A stretch of 64,000 bases of DNA from Saccostrea cucullata (Eukaryota), in NCBI RefSeq assembly GCF_032062105.1, contig NW_026924631.1:124001-188000 (forward strand). Reading direction: 5' to 3'. Below, piece after piece: positions 27,401 through 39,923 of this stretch. Made by a program: the position numbers and the translations under genes. The stretch's first letter is position 1; each line of letters begins with the position of its first letter. The notes below the pieces were generated by a model. That model was given only the letters and a program-made list of their open reading frames with translations, ran no database searches and was not told the origin of the DNA.

Positions 27401-28445
27401 AACACAGATAAATATGGTTGAATCATTAACTCAGTTTCTCATCCAATCAATAATTTTTCCTTGATATAATTGGTTAACGAATGAAAAAAATATATATATC
27501 AGAAAAAAATTATCTTGAACATGCTTATAGGCTGTGCTCGTGGGAGATATTTTGTTGATAAATAAATGCCTGAGACAAGCACAGTGAACTTGAATGCACC
27601 CTTTACTATGTTTACATTCATTTCTGCAAGAGCTATCATTGCACCAGATTCCCTCTTATTTTGAAACAGAAGATACACTGTATTAGCTACAACCCCTAAT
27701 GCTCTGTATTAACAATAACCTCCAATGCCTCTCTTTTTTTTATCCACAATGAATGTTTTCTCCACATTTTTTTTATCAGTTCAATACCTGCTCAACAATG
27801 GATTTCTTTGGGTTCATCCTCTGAAGCTTTTCGTTAAGGTACACATTGGAGTGAGTACCTCCTGCAAAATATGGCCGATACCCCGACAAGAAGACAGACA
27901 AACTGATTGCTGAGGGGCCATTTCCTGTTAATTATATAATCATAGGATTACTCAGGCACTTTAACATGATGCAATTTAACATGATATTTATAAGTATTAT
28001 AAGTAGAATTTGAGTTCTTATTAAAATGTTAATTAAGACATCCCATGTTTCATCTGTATAAACAAAAAATTGAACTCCTTTTTAGACATGATACCGGTAT
28101 TTAAATTAATGGCAGCAATTAGTTTTTTTCCCTTTTATTTTCAAAGTAAAGGCTAGAGAACAATTGTAACAAGCTTTGAGCAGAGGTTCATGACAAATCT
28201 CTGTGGACCTTACAACTATTAAATTTTGATTATTTTTATTTCAGTCACATATATATCAATGGAAGCAGTCGATTTGGCCTTTAGCTACTTTTAAGGGAAA
28301 CACTGTACAGTATTACTTAAGAAAGTTTTTTTTTATATAAATTGAGAAAAATTTAAATTATTTAAATAAAATACATTGATGTACCAAATGAATTCTTACC
28401 CACAATGACGACCTCTTTATAAGTGGAGCAGGCGCTTGACGGCAT
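24473..28445 (-). CDS. OSGIN: Oxidative stress-induced growth inhibitor (OSGIN1/2-like flavoprotein), 484 aa
   Basis: Exons 28400-28445, 27788-27924, 26692-26883, 26262-26353 and 24473-25460 with consistent phases. Motifs VVIVGNGPSAISLS, EGLEGRSPNPVALLFDAL, VVIVGAGLSAADA and GPLVGDNFVRF. Paralog (1 vs 2) is not assignable. Confidence 0.92.
26459..26668. mobile_element. Mariner-type MITE in an OSGIN intron
   Basis: TACTGTATACA...TGTATACAGTA termini; a related copy lies at ~47110-47297. Confidence 0.6.
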
Positions 28446-28488
28446 GGTGTCTTTGGAGTTTGTGGGGCCTACACGAAGGATGTCTTAA

Positions 28489-28509
28489 TTAGCAGCCCAC
28501 ACACTCCAT
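28489..28509 (-). promoter_or_regulatory. uORF MECVGC* in the OSGIN 5' UTR
   Basis: AAA-ATG-GAG TGT GTG GGC TGC TAA in the same exon as the main ATG, 64 nt upstream and out of frame. Confidence 0.55.
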
Positions 28510-30299
28510 TTTAATTAAAACACAGCAACGAGTCCACCTGGAACTGTAAATTTAAAAAAAATAAATAAAAAACACACAGCCTTTAGGTAAATAAGTATAG
28601 AGCTTAAAAAATGTTTTGTAAAAATTGCATTAAAAAAAAAATGGGACAATAATTTTTTTTAAAGGTACACATGCATTATATATATATATAAAAGCTATAC
28701 AGGAGCAAGAATAAAATAGCTTAATTCATTATTTCAAAAATGCATTTATAGTTGCAACAAACAGAAGTCTCTCTACCTGTAAATTGAACACCTAGTTATG
28801 ATCCTTAATTAATGCAATTCATTTATTGTTTTTTTTTTCAAAAAAAATTCTTTAATGAAAATTTTCATCATTTTTTGGTTAACACAAATCCTGATATCGG
28901 AAAACTCACTTGCCACTGCTGTGTTACTGGTATCCTTGCGTATTTACAATATATACCGGTATTTGTGCTTTACTGAGCCTATTACTAGAATGCACAGGAA
29001 TTAAATGACCGGTACTGAGACTTATATATATATATATATCCCGTTGAATTATGACATAATCCCACCTATCATGGACGTAATGCATGGACAACAGTATAAA
29101 CATTACAATGAATACAACGTTCATTAAGCACTATTGACATGTTCCAATTCTTGGCAGACCATTGGGTAAAATTAGAACACCTTACACATAAAAACTGTTT
29201 TAAATACCTCTGCCCTAGTACTATGGATTTTAAATACAGATATCATGAACGGTATGTTCCAAATCTTAACTTCCAATTAATATCTCTCTATTTACTTGAG
29301 GTTTCAACATTTGTCCATTTATAAATCGTGATTTCAACATTCTCTATATCCTTTTAAACATTTCATTAATCAGGTTACCAGTGCATATGAAAAATCATTT
29401 CTATGCAAACAATACAACAAACAGTTGACTAATTAGCTTGACTCATGGCGAAAAAAAAAGGAGCATTAGAGCTGTTTTAATTTGTAGTTAATAACTTTCC
29501 CTTGATAGTTAATCATTTCTAATTCAGAGGATGTATCCATGGATTTTACCAGCAAAACTGGACCACCTATTTTTAGAACAAGTTTTCCGCCTGCATTCTT
29601 TGAAGTTATTTATGGTAATAAAGACTGAAAGAGATATCCCTCTTTTTCCTTGTTATGATAGAAATCTTTTGAGCAACATCTATGGCCTCTTATACAATAT
29701 TTCTTCCAAGATCAGCATGCCCCCCATCACCATACCCCCATTCTACCTCACCCTATGAAAGATATCATAAAGACAAATGTTTCAAATCCACCCTCTCCCC
29801 CCTCCCTTTGCAGATTTTGGATTTTGTTCATTGAGTAGGTGTGTATTGTTAAGTGTACAGCCTGCTCCACTGAAAATCCTAATAAGCAAAGCTATTTTAT
29901 TGATCCTAAAACTTGTATATCTGATACTGGTCCCTAATGAAAGAAGAGGGCAATCAATTATACATTACACAAGACTCACATGTGTTAAAAATAACAAGTG
30001 TAACTAATTTTCGGGCAATGAAAATTCAAAACTAAATTACATTTGAAAATAAAATAATTTTTTGTTTTTCAATTATGAAAAGCTCTGCAGATTTAAGAAC
30101 AATTTCCAGTTAGCAGAAAATTAAATTTTTTTAAGGACCCCCTCCCCCCAAACAAACATGGTATGCAAAACCAAAGCCAGTGAAAATCAAACCTACCAAA
30201 TCAATACATATTTCATCAATCTCATCCCAAGCAGTTTCATTATCGCTGAATCCCTATCAGGCTATGGCATGACACATTCTCAAATTAATAGAAATGGAG

Positions 30300-30368
30300 A
30301 AAATGTACCAAACCAGGATTCAAACTCAGGCCACCCGTAAATCTAGGCTCTTTTATCGATTGAGCTAC
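30300..30368 (-). mobile_element. tRNA-derived SINE head (degenerate)
   Basis: Minus strand reads TAGCTCAATCGAT...GAGTTTGAATCCTGG, i.e. A-box and B-box-like motifs. Confidence 0.5.
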
Positions 30369-32789
30369 ATGTATACATATATTCAGCTAACACACCCCCC
30401 CCCCTTCAAGTTCTACAATGCTAAACAATACACATCTTTTTTTCCATTATAAGATATAGTACATACTAAATGTACATGCATTTTGAACAGAATGCAATTC
30501 ACAGTATGACATAAATTTGCAGTGACACTACATTATGTTTCAATTAAAAAATTTCAACAAATACGGATTTCGTACTAGGAAAAAAAATATCAATTGTCTT
30601 TCATACTAAGGAAAAGGTCCCTTGAATGGTTAAGTTTTGTTTAATTGAATTGCTTCAATATTAAAATTATTTTTTTCTGCGATAAAATACAAAAGAAAGA
30701 ACAAAAAACATCTCCATGAAATCTTAACTAATCTCACTTCATGCATGAATGATGATGCATAATATAATTAATCCACCAACCCCGACACCCCTCCCCCTAT
30801 AAAAAAAATATATACTACTTACAGATGTTGCAAATCAGGTTGGACCTAAAGCTTTTCAGGATGTGGGGGGGAAAATATAGAATTTCTTCTCCTTTTATAT
30901 GCTGATATGTATGTTGATATTATATAAAGGTATTTGTCAATCAATAAGAGGGCCCATCCCCTCAACACAGGTTGTAATAACAAAGCCTTGACTTGGGACC
31001 TTCAGCCACCTTGTGGTCATTCATTCATGTCATGACTGAGGAATTTATCATACACGTGACCCCTGATTGCACCTCAACATATTAATTCTTTCTGAAAATA
31101 TATGCATTTCTGATCAAAGTATGTAAAAGCAATATTTTTCGATCTCTCTTCAAAACTAACATATATAGACACCCTGCTGGCAGCATAAATGTGGGTCATT
31201 TTTTAAATGTTTAATTAATTTAAAATTAAATTTAATTAATTTTCTTATTTAAAAGTCCAAATACATGGTTTTAAATTCATATTCAGTGTGGGAATATTTT
31301 ACTGAACATGTGCAAACTTCATTTGATCTAATTTATTCAAAATCAAATTTGTACTTGTGAAATTAAAAAGTGGCCATATCTCACAGCTAAGCTGCAAGAC
31401 AGGTACTTGACATTTGATAATAATAACATCTACCACTTGATATTATCTAGCTAGGGTTAAATGGAATGCCATAAAAATAGTCAAAGTTTGGAAAGTTCTT
31501 TTTATGACCTAAACCTATTATCTTTCTCCTTTATGGGCATAAAATGTAATTATATATTTATAAATTGAATAGTTTGGCATAAAAGTTAATCTGGCAATTG
31601 AAATTCAAATCTATGGCACTGCTGATAAATGATTAAAATAATTTTCAGTAAAGAACTTCAATAAAGTTTGATGTTTCACATATCATCCATAAGAATTAGA
31701 TATAAAAAATACTTTCTCAATTAAATTAAACTAGTTTTCATATTTTATATGATAATTAGTTTACACATATATTAAAATGGATACACATGTATAATTATTT
31801 TCAGCAAGCATAAAAAAATATGTAACTTAGAGCTTGAAATGCTAAACTTAAAAAAATAAAGTAATAAATTCAAATTCTTAAACTAAATTACATAATCTTT
31901 TGTGCAATTCATGCACATCTCCCACTTTCTGACCTGACGAAGTAACATGATTTTCCCCTGCAGATAAGAGCCAAAAAAAAAAATTGCTGAATAATAGGGG
32001 TATACCTGCATTCCCTCCAAAGAAAACAGAGCAAGTTTGCTGATTCATGGTGACATTTGTTTTCTACAACAGATAAACGATGGAACTTACTGTACCTAAA
32101 GAGCAGAGAAGACAGTCATGCAATTTAAAAAATCCCAAGTTCTATCAATTCCAAGAGGTATCCGAGGAATGTTGGCTTTAGAAGTTTACGGCATTTTATA
32201 AAAGTTTAATTGAGGGGGCTTATGCACTGGATGAGTGAAAGGGACCTCCAATGATGATTTTTAAAACCTTCACAAAAGATGAAAAAATAAGAATTCCCTC
32301 GAGGACTGTCATCCTACCTGCGTCAAGGGGTGCTGCGATTTACGATTTAACAGGATTTGACACTATTCACGATGACATGTAAAATATTATGATAACTTTC
32401 TGCTATGGGTGCTGAGACGGCTATTTAGTATCATCAGGGTCAATGGCCCTCATTTTGTCCATCAAAAAAGAAGTGTCAATTTCACTACTTGTATTTCACT
32501 GAAATTAAAGCTATAGACATACTGTACTTATGACCCTCCCCCTCCCCCCTCTAAAAAAAATCAATTTAAAGGTTTACGGAGTTGGTCTTTCATCAAGTAA
32601 ATTAAAATTTATTTACAGTGTTTGTTAAATTTTTTAAACAATTATAAAATAGAACTAGCGTGGGAGAAATGCTTAAACATTTGGAATGGAAGGACTTAAA
32701 AAGCCCGCTATTGCTCTACGAGCAATGAGCCCGGCTAAAAAGTAGAAGATGCAAGATGGATCATGATGTACAATATAAATAACAACAAA

Positions 32790-33040
32790 GTAGCCAACAC
32801 AGACCTGAGGACCACTTTAAGAATATCACGGCATACAAACCAACACTCAATACCATCTGCAACCAAAGGATTGTGGGAAGTGGTCATTCTTCTGCAGGGT
32901 GATTAAACAATGGAATAGTCTGCCAGAGAACATTACTGCATGCAGCAACAACAAAAAAACACCCAAAAAAGTTCCTCTTAACATGCGCACAAGCTGTAAC
33001 TCACAAAATCTTCAACCTGATGAAGGGGGCCAGACAGAGG
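32790..33040 (+). mobile_element. Degraded 3' end of a CR1/L2-group LINE
   Basis: TTCTTCTGCAGGGTGATTAAACAATGGAATAGTCTGCCA encodes FFCRVIKQWNSLP, which resembles the conserved FFxRxxxxWNxLP end of ORF2. Confidence 0.45.
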
Positions 33041-33208
33041 AATATTATTCTTCAGTTTATCATTCATTATAAAATTAAATACGTTCTCCAGTTTTCTGTT
33101 TTGAAAATCTGCTTTGCCTTCTATTGCTCCAATATTTCAAACAACAAGCAACAATTCTCTATTGAGAAGTTGATGACTTGTTTTCATACTCCCCCCTGAC
33201 TGCTGAAG

Positions 33209-33299
33209 GCCAGGCAATAAAAACTCGCTTGAATTTTTGACCATAGTATACATTACAATATACAAGGGGGTCAAAAATTCAAGCGAGTTTGGTGTCTGG
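33209..33299. repeat. Hairpin / minimal MITE
   Basis: AAACTCGCTTGAATTTTTGACC and GGTCAAAAATTCAAGCGAGTTT form a 22-bp perfect inverted pair. Confidence 0.75.
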
Positions 33300-33862
33300 G
33301 GTTAGTATTCATTACAATATACCTAACCTCCTTGTCTTCATAAAAATGATAAAGTCAATTTACAATTTCCATAATCAAGCTGCTAATTGCATAATTTGTA
33401 AACCTCAAAACAATCACATGCAAAAACAATCCTACTGTAATTACACACTAATTTTAAAAAATGAAGTGCAAGGTAAATAACAGGTGCGTGTGGTACATAA
33501 TGGGATAGTGCATTAGCAGCATTTATGCACGTCATTTTATTTGATGAAGCCTACACCTAATAAAATCTATCTTGCAGAGTTATCTTTTCGTGATTGAAAC
33601 CCAGTAGACAACGAAATCTCCTTATGCAATACTTTAATTCATACACGACTATGAAGTTATAACAATGATTTTAATAATACTTTAATCCTCCAGTTTATTT
33701 TTTTCTATTTTACTTGACTAATTTATTGTTTATTAGGCTTATATATAATATAATCATATATAATCATGATAATAGATATGCCGGTATAAGGAGGCAGCAT
33801 CACTCTCCTTGCTCCACGTGCATTTACCGTCTTTAAAATGGTCTGCGCCTGCACAAACTTAC

Positions 33863-33960
33863 CTTTATTTGGATTTTAGTTCCTCATGCGACACGTGTCT
33901 ACTGTCCTTGAGCGCTGGCCACCGAGTGAACGTGTCACTAAGGTCCCTTTAACAAGCCGT
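33863..33960 (-). promoter_or_regulatory. Probable non-coding first exon/promoter of OSGIN
   Basis: Strong AAAG|GTAAGT donor on the minus strand in a CpG-richer patch with CACGTG motifs. Confidence 0.45.
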
Positions 33961-36900
33961 GAACCCCCTTTGTCCTACATCGTGAACTCTTTGAAAATTA
34001 ATTAATGGCGGAGTCATCTGCCCTTTAGGATCTATTGGGCGCGGATCTACTTATGTCATTTTTTTTATTTTTCACGACTATAGGGGGCGGATCAAGATTT
34101 TTTGCTTCTCATATTTTTCATAGATATTTTCTGATAAAAAGTTATCCAATCTTTTGAAAATCATTCATCTGTCATAATTTTCGAGTTGAAAGGGGGGGGG
34201 GGGTACAATCATATACATACATGTACATGAATACTAGCTTTGTTTTACATCGGCAAAATTATTGAACCTCCCCCTTTTCTGGTTCCTTCACAAGAAACAG
34301 TCTATACAACAAACACCGATGTCCCATGAATGTAAAAGTTAAAGTTTCGGTTAATTACAAAATTAATTTTTCCAAGGTAAAGAAGAATATTGAAATGAAG
34401 AAAGGATTTTTACTTGTGAAATTTTTACGAAAAAGCCGTAATTTCATTGATTTTTTTGGAAAAAATACTGACAGATGGGTTCAAAAACTAAATGGCCAAT
34501 GTTAAAGTCTTTTTAAAGTGTATTTTTATTGTTTGGAATATCCAATGGATATTTATAGCCAAAATTAGGCGTTGATACTATATTTGGAAAACACAAGACG
34601 TTTATAAAGAAATATATATTATGGCATATAAATATAATAAACACAAATTTGCAATTTGGGTTATATCATTTTATATAGTTGCACATCTGCTAACATCTCT
34701 TAAGCCCATATTTTTTCAAATTCTATAAAGCGATAAATTAATAAATTAAATAGGTCGAAAATACAATACGCTAGGATACTTTCAGTTTGAAACTTTGAAA
34801 GTAACAACCTACTTTTCTGGTTCCTTCACAAGAAACAGTCTTACAACAAAAAAAATGAAAAGTTAAAGTTTCTCAAATGCCAAAAAAGGAAATTGGAAAT
34901 TGAAATCGAAAGCCAAAGGGGAAAAATGTTCAAAAACTATGGCCAATGTTAAAGCATTTTAAAGTGGGCGCGCGCGCGCTCGCGCGCGAAATGTGTGTGT
35001 GTGTTGCACCAGCTGTTCAAAGGGGGGGGTTAAAGATTTAAAAAAAAAACATTTTCAGGTGCAGAAGGTCAAAACTTTCTTAAAACACTTCACATTTGAA
35101 ACCTAAACATTAATTATTTGAAAGCCAAAGCCAAGGGGATCAAACCTAAGGTCAAGTTCAAAAATGTCTAAGTTATGTTTGCAATGTTGCGAAATAAAAA
35201 AAAAAAAACCTGTACAAAAGTTATAGCCAGAGTTAAACTTTTATAAATTTTTTTGTTTAAGTGTGTCAATACTGAATAAGGTCAAAAATTTCTCAGCTAC
35301 AAAGGGAATTACTGTGTATTATTATTTCCAAACTGTATCAAAAGAAGGATTAAAATTTATTAAGAAACAGACAGACAGACAGAGTGACATACAAACAGAA
35401 GGAGAATTTTCAAATCCTCAACAGGGTCATTTTATTTGTATAACAGTTTAATTATTTTTTGTATTGTTGCCAATACTGTATTTTTCAAGCAAGTACTCGA
35501 GACTTGTCCTTTCTGAGAAGACTCACTCACATTTGAAAGAGTAGACCAGTGTCAATAAGTATCTTTGAAAAGACAAAAAAAAATAAATTGAAAAGAAATT
35601 CGTTGGTGCATGCGTGTGTGTATATGTGTGTGTTATGTAATCACCAAACTTTTTATTTGAAATCAACATGAATATTTCAATCATTCTGCAAAAAAATGGG
35701 AATATTTATTCTTTAATAAATCTTCATTAAGTACTAGGATAGGAATTACTCTCCATTATTTCCCTGACTTCATGATACAAAGCGCGCTGTGCTAGGGAAA
35801 ATATTGCCAACTCTTTTATTTGTATAACAGTTTAATGATTTTTTTAACAATACTGTATTTTTGGTTCATTTGTCTTTCCAATATGTGTATATATGTACAT
35901 GTGTTTTTGCATAGAGAAAAAAGTTAAAAAGAAACATTATGTACATGTATATCCATGTTTTGTGATGTGAGTTTTTTTAATGTGATATGTTAATCATTCT
36001 CTGGGAATATTTAATCTTTAAATCATTTTTCCATGGACATGTTTGTATTTATGATCATAATACAAACTGTGAATGAAACATATTGCCAACTTTTATTAGT
36101 CTAAGATTATAACAAGTAGATTCGGTTGGTTCATTTGTCTTCAATTTAATTTTGAAATGATCAAAGTAAGTAAAACAAGAGGCCCGCGGTCCACATCGCT
36201 CACCTGAGTAACTTTGACCATACTGTTCTTTACCAGAGTCCCTCCACGTAATAACTATCATAGGCGTCGGAACCGGGGAAATTTATTAAGAAACAGACAG
36301 ACAGAAGGGGCAAAAACTATATATATATCCCCAAATCCCCATTGCAGGGGCATTAAAATATAGTGTTTGATATTTGCAAGGTTTGATTTCGGTTATATGA
36401 CTGATTAAGTTGATTTTCTGGCACAGTTTTTCATCATCGTCATGCATGAATTTTTCTGTTTATTTTTTTAATCAATCTTTTAAACTGTGGCCATCTTTTG
36501 CCTATTCATAAACATTTTGGGATCAGAAGATTTTTTATTCATCAACCCACGGCGCACAACACCTGAAAAAGGATGCCCTCGTGCCTCAAAATTTATCCGG
36601 ATATATTTGTTCTGTTTTCGCGTCGTTCCTGGTTTGTGAAATATGTAGCGCAATCCATTTCCAGTGTTTTGAAAATCACCATCACAAAATCACAAAGATT
36701 TTAAAGTAAGAAACAAATTATTTTAAATGTAGACTCAGCTGATTTTATTAATGTTATTGATAAGAAGAAAAAATATCTTTGATTGTACCTGTAACGTGTA
36801 ACGTACAATGTACATTTTTACAAAAGAAGAAATAAGCAGTTTTCGGATTTGTCTCTAATAAGACTAGGTTGAAAACAAGCTGGCATACACACTTTTATCT

Positions 36901-37450
36901 CTCTTATCCTGTTTTTAATCACTAATTTGTAGCGCTAGCACCGCTCATCGAAACATAAAGGTCTAAGAAGACTGTGTTTTTGTAGAAGCATGCAAAAGGA
37001 TAGAGCATTTACACGTTCCTTGTTGGATGTCTTATGACAGTCACAGGTGCTTGAGGACAGACACCTTTTTCGATTTTTTAAACTACTTAAGTATCCTTAA
37101 GTAACATATTCGTGATGTAGTAAACCATACCATAAACTGTTTGTTTTTCGTAATTTTTTGCTTTGATGGTATGGATTACATCACAAATATGATAGTTTAA
37201 GTCGAAAAGGATGTCTTGTGATCACCTGTGTGACAGTGTGACATAATTTTATCTCTGATTATTTAAACATTAGTTTGAATTGCACTGCATGCATCACAGT
37301 ACATGTAAATTCAACATGTTTAAATTATTAAGCAATTTATTACAAATGGTTGAATTAGAATCAGACAGAGTAATTAAACTTTGATTCTTGAAAATTGAAC
37401 AGGGCTCTGTATTAATATATTTCTTCATTTTCCTTTAATGCAGATTGGAT

Positions 37451-38203
37451 ATGACAGATTCATCATCAAACCACGCGGACAATTTAGTCCTTTGTAAAGA
37501 GAATTTTGCTGAAAACAATTTAAGTCCTGGCATCAAAACAGAAAAGTTTGCAGAATACAAACCGTTCAGGTGCCATGTGTGTAAAGAAGAGTTTTCAAAT
37601 ATTGAAGAAATGCAGACCCATTCAAAGTCTCACCCAGCATATAAACCCTATAAATGTAATTTGTGTGAAAGATCATTTACAACCAGTTCTATAAAACAAC
37701 AGCATATGTGGACTCATTCAGAGGAGCGTCCATACAAACGTCCAAACAAACGTCCATACAAACATCCATACAAACGTCCATACAAATGTCAAGTGTGTGA
37801 AAGATCATTTGCAACCAGTTCTGTAATACGACAGCATATGTTGACTCATTCAGTAGAACGTCCATACAAATGTCAAGTGTGTGGGAAAGGATTCCTTTGG
37901 CCCAGGGACTGTCAAGCACACATGGTAGTACACTCTGATGACAAACCTATTTTCTCCTGCAAAATCTGTAGGAAAGTGTGCAGGCATAGGGCAAGTCTTA
38001 ATCGTCATATGAATCTACACACCGGGGAACATTCATGTGATGTGTGCGGAAAAACGTTTGCGGAATTATACAATCTGAAGACACATTCTTATATCCACAC
38101 AGGGGAAAGACCATTTGAATGCGGACATTGTGGAAAAGGTTTCACTTGTGCATCCAACTTGCGGGGTCACATGAAAAGACACTCAAAGGCTAAAAAGACT
38201 TAA
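37451..38203 (+). CDS. C2H2 zinc-finger protein with 7 fingers (~250 aa, single coding exon)
   Basis: Acceptor CAG at 37441-37443, ATG at 37451, seven CxxC-X12-HxxxH fingers including an HTGERPF linker. A candidate upstream non-coding exon has a donor at 36706. Confidence 0.85.
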   Translation: MTDSSSNHADNLVLCKENFAENNLSPGIKTEKFAEYKPFRCHVCKEEFSNIEEMQTHSKSHPAYKPYKCNLCERSFTTSSIKQQHMWTHSEERPYKRPNKRPYKHPYKRPYKCQVCERSFATSSVIRQHMLTHSVERPYKCQVCGKGFLWPRDCQAHMVVHSDDKPIFSCKICRKVCRHRASLNRHMNLHTGEHSCDVCGKTFAELYNLKTHSYIHTGERPFECGHCGKGFTCASNLRGHMKRHSKAKKT

Positions 38204-39923
38204 AGGACACAGTTTCGACTGAAATTTGTTCTACCAATTTTTATGCCCCACCATGAATATGGCCGGGGCATATAGTGTTTGTCATGTCTGTCTTCCGTCC
38301 TTCCGTCACACTTTGCGTTTAGCTCTGTTCAAAGCTATTAAGTTTCAAATAAACTGTCCAAGATCTTTTCATCAAGCTTCATATGCTGATAGGTATTGAT
38401 GAGCTATGCATCAACATTTTTTGACATTGACCTTTCCTTTGACCTTTACCTCACTTTTCTTGAATTAGTGTTTTGCTCAGTCTTAAACATACCATTTAAG
38501 ATGGTCTTATCAAACTTCACATGTTGATACATACTTATGAGAGCTATTCAACTGCATCAACATTTTTTACCTTGACCTTTCCTTTGACCTTGACCTCACT
38601 TTTCCTAAATCAGTGTCAAACTTCATATGCTGATACATACTGATGTAAGCAATTCAACTGCATCAACAATTTTGTCCTTGATCTTTTATTTGACCTTGAC
38701 CTCACTTTTATCATATTGTGTTTAAGTCAGTTTTAATATTAAAGACATCATTTCTAGATATTTTTATCAAAATTCATATGTTGATACATTTTGAAGAGAG
38801 ATATGCAATTGCATCAACATTTCTGACCTTGACCTTTCCTTTGACCTCACTTTTCACAAATCAGTGTCAAACTTCATATGCTGATACATACTCATGTAAG
38901 CAATTCAACTGCTTCAACAATTTTGACCTTGACCCTTTTGACCTTCACCTCATTTTATCAAATTGTGTTTAAGTCAGTTTTAATTAAAGGCAACATTTCT
39001 AGACATTTTTTATCAAACTTCATAATTATGTTGATACATATTTGATGAGAGATGTGCAACTGTATCAACATTTTTGGCCTTGACCTCTCTTTTGACCTTG
39101 ACCTCACTTTTCCTTAATTAGTGTCAAATGTCATAGACTGATATATATTAAGGTAAGCATTTCAAGTGTATCATTTTTACCTTGACCTTTCATTTGACCT
39201 TGTCCTCACTTTTATCCATTTGTGTTTAAGTCAGTTTTGAAGAAAACATTTATAATATTTTTTCAACTTCATATGGTGAAACATACTGATGAGAGCTTTT
39301 CAACTGCATCAACAGTTTTTGACCTTGGCATTTCGTTCGGCCTTGTAAGCAATTCAACTGCATCACTATTCAAGATATTCTGATCAAATTTTATACACAT
39401 ACAAATTTTCATGTTGCTTTACTTATATAGCCTCGGTGGGGCATTCATGTCCTATGGACATATTTCTAGTTATTTTTACAATTCCTCACTAAAGCCATTC
39501 TAATGATCAGCAAATTTTGAACATCATTTGTTGAATTTACAAGGGAGATACAGGACTGAGAATTCTTCATAAAGTAAACAAGGCTTGTGCCTTGTTTTTG
39601 TTTATATTTAAAAATTTCATGTTTATAACAAAACAAGATTCAGCAAATCATTAGAAAATGTCTAATTGTATTTAGAATTAACCCCTTTATCATGTTTATT
39701 GAGAAAATCTGCTTTTATCAGCATGTTTAGCCTATGTAAACAAAAACATGGCTCTGGCTTTGTTTACATAACAAAGGTTTGGACATCTAAATCTGTCTTG
39801 TAACTCGACAACTGAAATTCAAAAAGTTAATGATCATTAGAAACACCTTTGTTAAGTAAATTTGTATTTGTAAACATAAAAAAAGGTATGAAAATTTTTG
39901 GCTGAAACTGTGTCCAGGCCCCT
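38204..39923. mobile_element. Kolobok-like non-autonomous element
   Basis: TTAA-AGGACACAGTTTC at the left end and GAAACTGTGTCCAGGCCCCT-TTAA at the right end. Confidence 0.55.
38238..39471 (-). mobile_element. HINE-like element with TTGACC-rich tandem repeats nested in the Kolobok-like element
   Basis: Palindrome ATGCCCCACCATGAATATGGCCGGGGCAT, a CCGT microsatellite, repeated TTGACCTT units, and subTIR GGTGGGGCAT with hairpin ATGTCCTATGGACAT before CTAGTT. Confidence 0.7.

Noticed and set aside
30300-30368. Possible tRNA gene
   Set aside because: A/B-box-like motifs but no intact cloverleaf; better explained as a SINE head.
29430-32420. Nrf2 antioxidant-response elements upstream of OSGIN
   Set aside because: Only partial matches (TGACTCA at ~29439, TGCTGAG at ~32410); no convincing full ARE was identified by eye.
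33010-33045. CTGATGA hammerhead-ribozyme core
   Set aside because: No downstream GAAA or recognisable stems.
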